Shown here piece by piece: positions 7,529 to 17,537 of a DNA stretch of 32,000 nucleotides. The notes under the pieces were generated by a model that was not told where the DNA came from, did no database searches, and worked only from the letters and a program-made list of their open reading frames with translations. The stretch spans positions 325,930 to 357,929 of the forward strand of contig CAWDRS010000007.1 of assembly GCA_963804795.1 (NCBI GenBank), given 5' to 3'. The stretch's first letter is position 1. Each line of letters starts with the position of its first letter. Source of the DNA: an uncultured Acidobacteriota bacterium (GTDB lineage Bacteria > Acidobacteriota > Vicinamibacteria > Vicinamibacterales > 2-12-FULL-66-21). The position numbers and the translations under genes are program-made.

Positions 7529-7893
7529 TGCTGAGGCGTCTCACCTCGCGCGCCCCGCTCAAGGCTGCGTTCCTGTTCATGACGCTGGTCGTAGTGGCGC
7601 TGCCTTTTTCGGGGCGCGAACCGACGCAGGCTGACACGGCCACACAAATCGCGTCGAGCGACGCACCGCACCGGCCGGTCGTACATGCACTTCCGTACCG
7701 GGGTCATCGGCACCTGCGGCACATGCGAGCCGCGCCTGACACCATCCTCCGCGTGTTTGCCCGGGTCGTCGTGCCGCCGCAGGCGTCCGTGCGTTCGGAG
7801 TTCGCGCTGAACAGGCGTAGGGCGTCGTCTCCTCCACGCCAGCTTTTCCACCCCCCGACCGCTCCGCGCGCCCCCGCCGTCTTCGGACGCTAG
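7529..7893 (+). CDS. Hypothetical small Arg/Pro/His-rich protein with an N-terminal hydrophobic segment
   Basis: This is an internal ATG of track ORF 7153..7893. MLRRLTSRAPLKAAFLFMTLVVVALPFSG looks like a signal or TM segment. GC3 is about 83% by manual count, which is coding-like for this genome. There is no clear SD and no recognisable family. Confidence 0.3.
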
Positions 7894-7980
7894 TCCTAAA
7901 ACCGCGTGTCCGGGCTGCCTGTGCCCGCACCCGCGCGGTCTGCCGCAAGCCCATGAGAACCGGCCTTCTGGTGTCCACTT

Positions 7981-9303
7981 ATGCGCGCATATGTCGCGAT
8001 CCTGTCACTCGTGCTGGGTGTCTCCGCCTGTGCTCCGGCGACCCGGCCCAACCCGGCGCAGCTCCCCAGATATCCTGTGCGCGCGGACATGGGCACGGAC
8101 ACCGTAATTCCCCCCGGTGTCGGCATCGAAGACGGTCTCACTTCTGACGAAGCAGTGGCGATCGCGCTCTGGAACAATCCTGATTTCCGCGTTCAGCTGA
8201 CCGACCTCGGCTTTGCTCGCGCTGATCTGCTCGAGGCGGGGCTGCTCAGAAACCCCGTCCTGTCGCTGCTGTTTCCCGTGGGTCCGAAACAGCTGGAGGC
8301 TACTCTGCGCTTCCCGATCGAAGTGCTGTGGGAGCGGCCACGCCGCGTGGCTGCCGCATCGGCCTCCGTCGATCGAGTTGCGGCTTTGCTCGAGCAGCAT
8401 GGGCTCAATCTGGTTGCCGATGTGAAGGTCGCCGTCATCGAGCTGGCGCTGGCGCGGGATCGGGGCGTCCTCCTGAGCACCGCGGCTGCACAGCTCGAGG
8501 AAATCCGTGACATCGCCGGCGCCCGGCTCCGTGCGGGGGACATCAGCAATCTCGAGGCCCGATCCGCCGAGATCGATGCGGCCCGCGCGCGTTACGACGC
8601 CTCGCGCGCAGTGTTCGACGTGGAACTGCGCACGAATGCTCTTCGCGCGCGTCTAGGCCTGGTGCTTCAGCCCGGCGACGTGACGCTGGTGCCCGCGCCC
8701 GATCTCACCGAACGGTGCGTGGATTCCGACGGCCTGGTTGAGGCGGCCCTTGCCTCGCGCCCCGACGTCCGGGCTGCGGAGCTCGCGATAGAAGGCGCAG
8801 CGGCCCGACTGGGCTGGGAGCGATCGCGAGTGCTCAGCGTCACCGCCGTGCTCGACGCCAACGGTCCCAAGGACAACCAGTCGCTCGAGGCCGGACCGGG
8901 GCTGGATTTCGGCGTGCCGCTCTTCGACCGCAATCAGGGCGGACGCCTGCGCGCCACGACGGAATTCCAGCGTGCCTCGCTCGGCTACGTGGCCGCACGT
9001 CAACGTGTCGCATCGGAAGTTGCTGATGGACTGATTCAATTGTCACAGGCGCGCGCGACGCTTGGATCGTGGCAACAGTCCGTGGTCGCTCCCCTCGAGA
9101 AGCAGGTGTCAGCCGCTGAACGTACGTTCGCGGCGGGGGATACTTCATATCTGTTCGTGCTCGAGATGACCCGGCGTCTCACGGAGGCCCAGGTACGCAC
9201 GCGCGAGGTGCTGGCCGATATCGCGCGCGCCACGGTCCGCGTCGAACGCGCCATTGGACGCACGTGTGAGGTGAAAGGACAGAAGAGTGCCTCTCGATTC
9301 TAG
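7981..9303 (+). CDS. Outer-membrane efflux factor (TolC/CzcC family) lipoprotein
   Basis: 440-aa ORF with lipobox LGVSAC. It has two tandem OEP-type repeats typical of RND-associated OMFs and is the first gene of a three-gene efflux operon. Confidence 0.9.
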   Translation: MRAYVAILSLVLGVSACAPATRPNPAQLPRYPVRADMGTDTVIPPGVGIEDGLTSDEAVAIALWNNPDFRVQLTDLGFARADLLEAGLLRNPVLSLLFPVGPKQLEATLRFPIEVLWERPRRVAAASASVDRVAALLEQHGLNLVADVKVAVIELALARDRGVLLSTAAAQLEEIRDIAGARLRAGDISNLEARSAEIDAARARYDASRAVFDVELRTNALRARLGLVLQPGDVTLVPAPDLTERCVDSDGLVEAALASRPDVRAAELAIEGAAARLGWERSRVLSVTAVLDANGPKDNQSLEAGPGLDFGVPLFDRNQGGRLRATTEFQRASLGYVAARQRVASEVADGLIQLSQARATLGSWQQSVVAPLEKQVSAAERTFAAGDTSYLFVLEMTRRLTEAQVRTREVLADIARATVRVERAIGRTCEVKGQKSASRF

Positions 9304-10477
9304 GGCCGCGATCGTGGCCCTTGGCGTGGTGTTCGGCGCCATGATTGCCGCGTGCGGCCGGACACCGGCAGCGAACCCGGCCCCAAAGCAGGCGACGGTC
9401 ACGGTTCCCGTCAAGGAAGCACAGCTCACGACCGTGACGCTGACGGCGGACGCAGAGAAGCGGCTGGGGATAGCCACGGCGGCTGTCGAGCGCAAGGCTC
9501 TCGCGCTGACACGCACGGTCGGCGGAGAGATTACGGCGCCGTCCGGGCAGTCGATTGCGATCACTGCGCCGGTGGCCGGCACGCTGCAGTCGGCCGGCTC
9601 GGTGAGACACGTCGCCGGCAGCCGCGTCTCGAAAGGGCAGCTGCTGTTCCATTTGACTCCGCTCGCGACATCCGAGCGGGAATCCGTCATCATGGCCCGG
9701 CAGGCGATCGACACCGCAACCGCCCGTCGTGAAGCCGCCGCGCTCAAGGCAAAGCGAGCCGAGCAGCTGCTGAAAGACGGCGCCGGCAGCAGGCGGCAGC
9801 TGGAAGAGGCGCAAGCGGAGCTCGCCGTCGCGGAGGCGGATCTGAAGGCGGCCCGCGACCGCCGCACGCTGGCCGGAGACACGGCGACGACCGAGGGCAG
9901 CGTCAGAATCGAAGCGCCGCAGAGCGGCGTGATCCAGGCGGTCCACGTCAGCGCCGGGCAGGCCGTGCCCGCGTCCACCCCGCTTCTCGACATCGTCCAC
10001 GTGGCGACCGTCTGGGTTCGCGTACCCATCTACGCCGGGGAGGCCCGTGATATCGAGGCAACCGCCCCGGCACGAGTGTCTGCGCTCGGCGCTTCAACGA
10101 GTGCCGACGGCGTGATCGCCCAGCCGATCCAGGGCCCACCGTCGGGAAACGCCACCACTGCCGCGATTGACTTCTACTACGCCATTTCGACCCCCGGTCA
10201 GCCGTTCCGTCCGGGAGAACGGGTGGCTGTCGCGCTGCCGCGGCGCGGCCCGGCCAACGCCACGGTCGTGCCGAAAGCGGCGTTGCTGCACGACGCGTAC
10301 GGTGGCACCTGGGTCTACGTTGTGCGTGAGCCTCGGGTCTATGCGCGTGCGCGCGTCACGGTGACCGACATCAACGGGGACCTTGCCGTCCTCTCGGAGG
10401 GCCCGGCACTCGGTACGCGCGTTGTCACCGATGGGGCGGCCGAGCTGTTCGGCGTCGAATTCGGCGCCGGCAAATAG
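9287..10477 (+). CDS. Efflux RND periplasmic adaptor (MFP, CzcB/HlyD-like)
   Basis: The GTG start overlaps the preceding stop by 17 nt. Lipoprotein-like signal ..FGAMIAAC. It has a coiled-coil hairpin ([37 protein letters not shown]) flanked by barrel-sandwich motifs. Confidence 0.9.
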   Translation: MPLDSRAAIVALGVVFGAMIAACGRTPAANPAPKQATVTVPVKEAQLTTVTLTADAEKRLGIATAAVERKALALTRTVGGEITAPSGQSIAITAPVAGTLQSAGSVRHVAGSRVSKGQLLFHLTPLATSERESVIMARQAIDTATARREAAALKAKRAEQLLKDGAGSRRQLEEAQAELAVAEADLKAARDRRTLAGDTATTEGSVRIEAPQSGVIQAVHVSAGQAVPASTPLLDIVHVATVWVRVPIYAGEARDIEATAPARVSALGASTSADGVIAQPIQGPPSGNATTAAIDFYYAISTPGQPFRPGERVAVALPRRGPANATVVPKAALLHDAYGGTWVYVVREPRVYARARVTVTDINGDLAVLSEGPALGTRVVTDGAAELFGVEFGAGK

Positions 10478-10486
10478 GGCCCGTCC

Positions 10487-13400
10487 ATGCGCTGGATCGT
10501 CGAAACCGCTCTTCGCCTCCGTCTTGTCGTCGTCGCGCTCGCGCTCGTGCTGCTGGTCGCCGGGAGCCGCACGGCGAGAGAGACGCCGCTCGATGTCTTT
10601 CCTGAGTTCGCCCCGCCTCTCGTCGAGATGCAGACCGAAGCACCCGGTCTCTCGACGTCGGAAGTGGAGGCTCTCGTCACTGTTCCGCTCGAAGCGGCGA
10701 TGACCGGTGTCGCCGGGCTGAAGACACTCCGGTCGAAATCCGTCCTCGGCCTCTCGTCGGTCGTCCTGATCTTCGACGATGGCACGGATCTCCTGGCAGC
10801 GCGGCAGCTGGTTCAGGAGCGCCTGGTCAGGGCCGCCACCAGCCTTCCTGCGGCCGCACATCCGCCCGTGATCCTCTCACCGCTGTCGTCCCTGAGCCGC
10901 GTGATGAAGATCGGCATCACGTCCGAGCGGCTCTCGCAGATCGAGCTGACAACGCTCGCGAAATGGACGATTCGCCCGCGCCTGATGTCGGTTCCCGGAG
11001 TGGCGAACGTCGCGATCTGGGGTCAGCGCGATCGACAGCTGCAAGTGCTCGTCGATCCGGCGCGGCTTCGCGCGAGCAACGTGACATTGGCGGACGTCGT
11101 CACCGCGGCGCGAGAGGGGACGTCGACGGCAGGCGGCGGATTCCTCGAGACGCCGCAGCAGCGCCTCCCCATGGCACACGCGCCAGCCGTGTCGAACGTC
11201 GAGGATCTCCGACAGCTCCTGATCCCGCTGCCCCCGCCACTCGGGTCCCGCGCAGAGGCCGCAGCGATGAGCAACGGCGTTCGCATCGGCGACGTCGCGG
11301 ACGTCGTCGAGGGCTCGCCTCCGCCTATCGGCGACGCGATCATCAACGACGGTCCAGGGCTGCTGCTGATCGTGGAAAAGCACCCGGATGGCAACACCCT
11401 GGAGGTCACGCGGCAGATCGATTTTGCGCTGGAGGCGCTGCGGCCTGGCCTGCCGAACGTCACGGTCGACTCCACGATCTTCCGCCCGGCGACCTTCATC
11501 GAGCTCTCCCTTCGTCATCTCAACGAGGCGCTGCTCATCGGGTGCGTCCTCGTCGTCATCGTGCTTGCCGTGTTTCTCTACGACTGGCGCACGGCACTCA
11601 TCAGCAGCATCGCCATCCCGTTGTCGCTCCTTTCGGCTGCGCTGCTGCTCCGGTACAACGGCGGCACCCTCGACACGATGGTCATCGCAGGGCTGATCAT
11701 CGCGTTGGGAGAAGTCGTGGACGACGCGATCATCGATGTGGAGAACATCGTGCGGCGCCTGCGGCTGAATTCGCAGGAGGCGCACCCACGTCCGGCGGTG
11801 CAGGTCGTGCTCGAGGCCTCCGTCGAGGTCCGCAGCGCCGTCGTCTATGGCAGCGTGATCGTCGCCCTGGTCTTCATTCCCGTGTTCCTGTTGGAGGGGC
11901 TGGCGGGATCGTTCTTCCGGCCGCTCGCCCTCTCGTACGTGCTGGCGATCGCCGCGTCACTGTTCGTGGCGCTGACCGTGACGCCGGCGATGGCGCTGCT
12001 GCTGCTGCCGAAGCACCTCCACGCCCGTGAGGCGCCCGCGGTGACGTGGTTGAAGGCGCGGTACCGGCGCGTGCTCCCAAAGATCGTGTTTGCCCCCCGG
12101 CGCGCGCTGGCGATTCTGGTCGTGGCGCTGACCGCCACAGCCTGCGCATTCCCGTTCCTCGGGGAGGAGTTTCTGCCGCATTTCAAGGAGTACGACTTCC
12201 TGATGCACTGGGTCGAGAAACCGGGAACGTCGCTCGACGCCATGCGCCGCATTACCGTCCGCGCGAGCCGTGAGTTGCGCGCCATCCCCGGCGTGCGCAA
12301 CTTCGGAGCGCACATCGGCCGCGCCGAAGTGGCGGACGAAGTCGTTGGCGCCAACTTCACGGAGCTGTGGATCAGCCTCGACCGCTCCGTCGAGTACGAG
12401 CCGACCATCGCGAGAATCCAATCGGTGGTCGATGGGTACCCCGGGCTGACACGCGACCTGCTCACATACCTGCGGGAGCGGGTGAAGGAAGTGCTCACGG
12501 GCTCGAGCGCGACGATCGTCGTGCGCATCTTCGGTCCGGACTTGACGACGCTCGGGGCCAAAGCCGGTGAGGTCCGGACGGCGCTCGGCGGCATCGCGGG
12601 CGTCGCGGATCTGACGCAACAGCAACTGACGCTCGTGCCACAGGTTCTCGTGCGCTTGCGTGCGGATCGAGCGCAGCTTGCCGGGGTGACGCCGCAACGG
12701 GTGCGCGAAACGGTCGCAACCGTGCTGCAGGGGCGCAAGGTCGGCGAGATCTACGAGCAGCAGAAGATCTTCGATGTGGTCGTCTGGGGCGCGCCACCGG
12801 TGCGCGGCGACGTCTTTGCCCTCAAACGGCTGCCAATCGACACAACGGGCGGCGGACTCGTGCCTCTCGAGGCGGTGGCGGATGTCTCGCTCGCGCCAAC
12901 CCCGAACGAGATCACGCGCGAGGGCGGGTCGCGCCGGATCGACGTGACGACAAACGTCCGCGGGCGTGCTCTGGGGGATGTCGCACGAGACATCAAGAAT
13001 GCGCTGGCGAAGATTCCCTTCGAGGCGGGCTTTCACGCAGAGGTCCTCGGGGAGTTCGCGGCGCGTGAGGCATCCCAGCGGCGGCTGCTGGCGCTGGGCG
13101 CGCTGTCGCTCGGGGCCATCCTCCTGGTGCTGCACGTCGATTTCGGATCGGCCCGGCTCGTGTCGCTCGTTGGCTTGACGCTGCCGTTCGCGCTCATCGG
13201 GGGCGTCGCTGCCGCGTTTCTGTCCGGTGGAGTGCTTTCACTGGGATCGCTGGTCGGCTTCGTCACGGTTCTCGGCATCGCCGCCCGCAACGGCATCATG
13301 CTCGTCAGCCACTACCGGCATCTGCAGGACGTCGAACATGTAGCGTTCGGGCCGGAGCTTGCGATGCGGGGCGCTGAAGAGCGTCTCGCGCCGATTCTGA

Positions 13401-13612
13401 TGACGGCGCTGGCGACTGGCCTGGCGCTCGTGCCCATCGTCGTCGGCGGCAGCCGCTCCGGCCAGGAGGTCGAACATCCGATGGCGGTCATCATCCTCGG
13501 CGGGCTGTTCACCTCCACCGTGCTCAACGTATTCCTGTTGCCGGCACTCTTCCTTGAATTTGGCGGTGAATGTGGAGGGCGGCAGCGCCAGGGGCGATTG
13601 CAGAAGTCGTAG
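10487..13612 (+). CDS. RND permease, CzcA/CusA (heavy-metal efflux) family
   Basis: 1041-aa ORF. The N-terminus ..[36 protein letters not shown].. is characteristic of the CzcA/CusA family. It has 12-TM RND architecture, and the TM4 motif reads [15 protein letters not shown]. Confidence 0.95.
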   Translation: MRWIVETALRLRLVVVALALVLLVAGSRTARETPLDVFPEFAPPLVEMQTEAPGLSTSEVEALVTVPLEAAMTGVAGLKTLRSKSVLGLSSVVLIFDDGTDLLAARQLVQERLVRAATSLPAAAHPPVILSPLSSLSRVMKIGITSERLSQIELTTLAKWTIRPRLMSVPGVANVAIWGQRDRQLQVLVDPARLRASNVTLADVVTAAREGTSTAGGGFLETPQQRLPMAHAPAVSNVEDLRQLLIPLPPPLGSRAEAAAMSNGVRIGDVADVVEGSPPPIGDAIINDGPGLLLIVEKHPDGNTLEVTRQIDFALEALRPGLPNVTVDSTIFRPATFIELSLRHLNEALLIGCVLVVIVLAVFLYDWRTALISSIAIPLSLLSAALLLRYNGGTLDTMVIAGLIIALGEVVDDAIIDVENIVRRLRLNSQEAHPRPAVQVVLEASVEVRSAVVYGSVIVALVFIPVFLLEGLAGSFFRPLALSYVLAIAASLFVALTVTPAMALLLLPKHLHAREAPAVTWLKARYRRVLPKIVFAPRRALAILVVALTATACAFPFLGEEFLPHFKEYDFLMHWVEKPGTSLDAMRRITVRASRELRAIPGVRNFGAHIGRAEVADEVVGANFTELWISLDRSVEYEPTIARIQSVVDGYPGLTRDLLTYLRERVKEVLTGSSATIVVRIFGPDLTTLGAKAGEVRTALGGIAGVADLTQQQLTLVPQVLVRLRADRAQLAGVTPQRVRETVATVLQGRKVGEIYEQQKIFDVVVWGAPPVRGDVFALKRLPIDTTGGGLVPLEAVADVSLAPTPNEITREGGSRRIDVTTNVRGRALGDVARDIKNALAKIPFEAGFHAEVLGEFAAREASQRRLLALGALSLGAILLVLHVDFGSARLVSLVGLTLPFALIGGVAAAFLSGGVLSLGSLVGFVTVLGIAARNGIMLVSHYRHLQDVEHVAFGPELAMRGAEERLAPILMTALATGLALVPIVVGGSRSGQEVEHPMAVIILGGLFTSTVLNVFLLPALFLEFGGECGGRQRQGRLQKS

Positions 13613-13631
13613 CGCAGCCCTCGAGGTCACC

Positions 13632-14120
13632 CTACGGTGTCAGCGTCACTTTGTCGATTTCCACGCAGCCATCACCGCCGCTCGAGAACATGACGAGCGT
13701 GTGGGTTCCTTTGGAGAGAGTCGCGTGGCCGGCGAGATCCGTCGCGAACACGTTCCATCCTTCGCCGTCGTCGCCGGTGTCTCGCGCTTCGAACGCGCCG
13801 ATTGCGACACCGTCGAGGAAGAGATGGATCGTCTCGGTGGCGCCGATGTTGTCGTTCGAGTAGGTGACCGCAACCGCATATCGCACCTGCGGCGCGCTCA
13901 CGGAGAAGGTCCAGAGCCGTCGTTCGTCAGGCGCGAGATGGATGGTCAGCCCGCCTGATGCCTGCGGGCGCGGCATCGCGCCACCCTCGCCGGTGCCCGC
14001 CTCGGCCTCGAGCGATACGAGTGGCGACACGGCCGGCGCCGGCGCCGACGGCTGCGCCGGCAAGGCCGGCTCCCCGCATGCGGCGAGGAGCACGAGTGGG
14101 ATCAGGATGCCGCTTCGCAT
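13632..14120 (-). CDS. Lipoprotein with a carbohydrate-binding-module-like beta-sandwich domain
   Basis: Lipobox VLLAAC followed by a Pro/Ala linker. The pattern LEAEAG..SGG..IHL....WTFSV.AP..YAVAVTYSN resembles CBM6/35-like modules. This family call is by eye only. Confidence 0.7.
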   Translation of the reverse strand: MRSGILIPLVLLAACGEPALPAQPSAPAPAVSPLVSLEAEAGTGEGGAMPRPQASGGLTIHLAPDERRLWTFSVSAPQVRYAVAVTYSNDNIGATETIHLFLDGVAIGAFEARDTGDDGEGWNVFATDLAGHATLSKGTHTLVMFSSGGDGCVEIDKVTLTP

Positions 14121-14134
14121 GGTTGGCAGGGCTG

Positions 14135-14172
14135 GTCAGGAAGCCGCCATTCTATCAAGGTCCCTTCCTGAC
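14135..14172 (-). other. Intercistronic stem-loop
   Basis: GTCAGGAAG (14135-14143) and CTTCCTGAC (14164-14172) form a perfect 9-bp stem around a 20-nt loop. It lies 15 nt after the stop of the 14188..14604 gene and 14 nt before the start at 14120. There is no U-tract. Confidence 0.3.
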
Positions 14173-14187
14173 ACAGCACCCGCCCGT

Positions 14188-14604
14188 TCAACGATTTCTC
14201 ACTTCTCCAGCCGGGGACGTCATCCAGTTGCCGTTGACGGTGGCCACGTCGGCAAGCCTCCTGGGCTGACCGGCTCGCAGTCTGGCGTCGGCAAACGGAT
14301 CCCGGAGCCGAAACGCGGAGGCCTCGCGCTTGCGGTTGGCGCTCAGGAGTCCACCCGCGAGCCCGCCAGCCGCAGCACCGAGAAGCGCGCTCGTCCACAC
14401 CTTCCGATCGCTGTTGATGGCGTCATCGAACTTGTTCAGCCCGAGGAACAGCCCGGCGGCGAAGCCGCCCCCCGCACCGACGATTGTCCAGACGACCCGC
14501 TTCGTCGACGACCGCTTCGGCGACGGCGACGTCGACTGGGCGAGCGCTGCGCCCTGGGTGAAGACCAATGCGATGAGCGTGGACCCGATTATTCGGCGAA
14601 CCAT
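14188..14604 (-). CDS. Small secreted/membrane glycine-zipper protein (hypothetical)
   Basis: GGAGGG lies 7 nt upstream of the ATG at 14604. Signal peptide MVRRIIGSTLIALVFTQGAALAQ. Two Gly-zipper segments are present (VGAGGGFAAGLFLGL and LLGAAAGGLAGGLL). Confidence 0.7.
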   Translation of the reverse strand: MVRRIIGSTLIALVFTQGAALAQSTSPSPKRSSTKRVVWTIVGAGGGFAAGLFLGLNKFDDAINSDRKVWTSALLGAAAGGLAGGLLSANRKREASAFRLRDPFADARLRAGQPRRLADVATVNGNWMTSPAGEVRNR

Positions 14605-14759
14605 CCAAAAACCCTCCGATCATCAGAGCAGGCGGGCATCCACGGTATTAGGCGCAAAATGCCGTCGCGCCGGCTCACCCGTTGGATGCTTCTGTGCCGG
14701 TTCGGGTCACACTCTGAACGATTCGGGTCAGGTCCGCCAGATCCGCCGTGCTGGGAGGA

Positions 14760-16225
14760 TCACTTGTCATCCTTGGTGCCCGGGGTCTGCGGACCGCTCG
14801 GGTACGGCTTGCTGCCCATGAGGCCCTTCCACAGCACTCTGTTGAATTGTGCCGGAGGGACCTGGTCGGCCTCGGAGAAGTCGAAACCTGCCGTAACCGA
14901 GTCCCAGTACGCCGCGTCGTGTTTGGGCTGAACGATCGGCCCGGCGGCGAACTTCACGGGGGTGCCTCTCTGTGCCAGCGCCAGCGTCGTGCCGGTGAGG
15001 ACGGTCGAAGCCTCCGCGGCATAGGTCCACTTGCCGGAAGATCGGATATCGAACACCTCGGCCATTGGCCGCTGGAATGCCGTGTTCAGGTTGATGTGTT
15101 CGGTTCCGAGAATGTCTTCGATCGTGCGAAGCGCGCTGACCTGGCTGTACCGCGTGCTGACCACTGCGCCCTGCTTCACGTACGGTCCGACGACGAACAC
15201 CGTGCCGCGATGCGAATCCACGTGGTCCGGACCGTCCTGGACGTCGTCTTCAGTGATGATAACCAGCGTGTCCGCGGCGTACGGGCTGTTCGCCACCGTC
15301 TCGACCATGAGGCCCAGCGCCAGGTCGCAGTCGGCCTGCTGCGTTTCAGGCGTGTTGAAGCGGCCGAGCGCGGTGCCGAAGCTGCCCATGTGGTCGTGGC
15401 TGATGCGAACGAGCGACAGGTTGGGCAGATTGCGGTTGGCAACGAACTGGTCGAACTCCCGCTTCCACTCGTTGTAGCGCCACCATGCTGCCGTCGCCCG
15501 GGTTCATGAAGTTGTCGAGGGTCACGAATTTCGTCGCCAGGCTGTGATTGTTCGGCGTGAGAGCCTGGCCGAACTGCGCAAGAGCCGGGTCGGCGCTTGC
15601 GCCGTTCGTCAGGTCGCCCAGAACCTGATCGAACGTGCGATTTTCCTTGACGACGTAGATGACGTGCTTGATGTGTTTGTTCAGAAACTGCATCACCTTC
15701 GCGTCTTTCTTGTCGGTTTCGGTCGAGTAGAAACTGTTCTTCGCGACTCTGTCCGTCAGCTCTCGCAGGTGACCGGGGTTCGGCACAGGGGCGCTGACCA
15801 GAGAAGCACGCTCCAACTGGAACTGGTACGAAGATGAATTGCGTCGAGTTCGCCGTGTCGACTGTACCGTCGGGCTTGTAGAGCGAGTTCTGGCCGGCGG
15901 TGATGATCGCCAGCGTCGTGCCGTCTGGGCTCAGCTGTGACCGTACACCTTCGCCGGCGACGAAGTCCGGGTAGGCGGGTAGCCCTGGGTTCAGGTATTG
16001 CTGAACCGCGTTGGCGATGATCGTCGGCGTGACGTACTGCCCGGTGGCCAGGGCGATGATGTCGTTGCGTTCCCGACGATCGTCATCGAGGTCCTTGGGA
16101 TCATCCGTGCGCTCCTGACGAACGTCTTTGCGCTCCTGTAGGTTCGCACGCGCTGACAGTGCCAGCACGGCCGCCAAGGTGGCGACGCTGATCTTGAAGA
16201 GGCGTTGGAGCGATCGGTTCGTCAT
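14760..16225 (-). pseudogene. Decayed phosphoesterase (PLC/AcpA-type, YncE-phosphoesterase fusion family) split over three frames
   Basis: Three collinear fragments are present. Fragment A (16225 to about 15830) has a signal peptide plus TGQYVTP..LNPGLPAYPDF..SPDGTTLAI.. Fragment B (about 15830-15483) reads ..IKHVIYVVKENRTFDQVLGDL..FVTLDNFMNPGDGSM. Fragment C (about 15480-14760) reads WWRYNEWKREFDQFVANRNLPNLSLVRISHDH..IITEDDVQDGPDHVDSHR..LRTIEDILG. Frame changes occur near 15825 and 15482. Confidence 0.75.
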
Positions 16226-16588
16226 GATGAATCCTTTCTCGTGGGTCGGCAGAGACGTTCGAACGACGCGGTCGAGGCATGGGGACGGCGAGTGACTCGC
16301 GCACGAAGGAGTTCAGAGGATGCGCCCGGCCTGTGACCGGGCGGCGATGATTCAGAAAATCGCGTGTAAACAGTCAGCCCCGCAACTGTCGCGGTGGAAC
16401 GCGACGCACGTGCAGGACGAACTGCATCCAGCGGGACGCGATCTGCCGAGATGAGTATCGATGACTGTGTGCGCGAAGTTACACGACCATCACCACGTTT
16501 ACACACACACTGCGTAACGTCTCTCTCGCCTGACGACGGTGCCGCGCAAGTGTGCACGGCCGAGTCCGGTGAGGAGAGGGAGGAGCTC

Positions 16589-17401
16589 ATGCGTCGTTTT
16601 CTTCTGTGCGCAGTCATCGTTGGCACCACCGTGCCGGCCGCCGCTCAGGAGCGCCCGTTTCTCTTTTCGGTCACGACGGCAGACGAGGCCAAGCCTGCCG
16701 TCCGATTCGACTATGACGTCGGGGTCGGGGAGCGCACGTTCCAGAGCGACACCGAGAATCAGCCGGAACAGCGGGTGGGTGTCCAGGCGTCGAGCGGACG
16801 GTTGACGTTCGTCGCACGGTTCGGCATCGCGGAGGTCGGTAGCTCCTATCAGAGCTCTCAGTCGGGCGAGGCAGTCTACTCGTTGTTCGGGCGTTCGAGT
16901 CCCATTGCGCTGGCGGCCGGTGGCGGTATGCTTCATGAGGCCGGCGGCGTGAACGTGCTGCTCATGCGTGTGGTGGCGGGACGCAGCACGGAGTCCTCTC
17001 ACGTGTATGGCAACGCGCTGTTTCAAAAGCCGCTGTCATCCGAACGCGACGCGGTCGATCTGATCACGAGCGTCGGCTGGGCTCGGAAAATCACGCGCGC
17101 CGTGTCGTTGGGCGTGGAAGCCATCGGCGAAGACCTCGAAGGTTTCTGGGATTCCGAGGAGGCCGAAGGCGGCGCCCGGCTCCTCGCCGGGCCGAGCCTT
17201 CACATCTCACCCGGACGGCGATGGCAGTTGACGGCTACCGGAGGCCCGGTCTTCCACCCGTCTGACACGGGACGGGGGAGCGGTGCACTCCGGACCTTCC
17301 ACCGGAGACCCGGCGCACCAGCTATGCATTCAAAGTCGCACTCTCCATCGGGTTGGCCTCCGGGCGATGATCCGTCATCGTTTCCTCTCGTGCGCGCATG
17401 A
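16589..17401 (+). CDS. Hypothetical secreted protein, possibly an outer-membrane beta-barrel
   Basis: GGGAGGAG (16578-16585) precedes the ATG at 16589. Signal peptide MRRFLLCAVIVGTTVPAAAQ. It has an alternating beta-strand-like sequence. The last about 40 aa of the in-frame translation look non-native; see findings. Confidence 0.6.
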   Translation: MRRFLLCAVIVGTTVPAAAQERPFLFSVTTADEAKPAVRFDYDVGVGERTFQSDTENQPEQRVGVQASSGRLTFVARFGIAEVGSSYQSSQSGEAVYSLFGRSSPIALAAGGGMLHEAGGVNVLLMRVVAGRSTESSHVYGNALFQKPLSSERDAVDLITSVGWARKITRAVSLGVEAIGEDLEGFWDSEEAEGGARLLAGPSLHISPGRRWQLTATGGPVFHPSDTGRGSGALRTFHRRPGAPAMHSKSHSPSGWPPGDDPSSFPLVRA

Positions 17402-17537
17402 CGGGTATTTCGATTGCAGCCCTCCTTCTACGGAGCGTCTCGGGTGTTTGACGGCGCCGTGTCGCAGATCGCGCCCTTTCTCGAGCGCGTCGTCCAGCTG
17501 AATACGGAGTACCCGGGCCGGCAGGCTCCAGGCCTAC

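Noticed and set aside
16364-16504. An inverted pair of GTGTAAAC / GTTTACAC 8-mers about 125 bp apart in the divergent intergenic region, considered as a possible Pho-box or operator pair.
   Set aside because: By rough count, about one such 8-mer inverted match is expected by chance in a 360-bp region. It does not resemble the Pho-box consensus I know.
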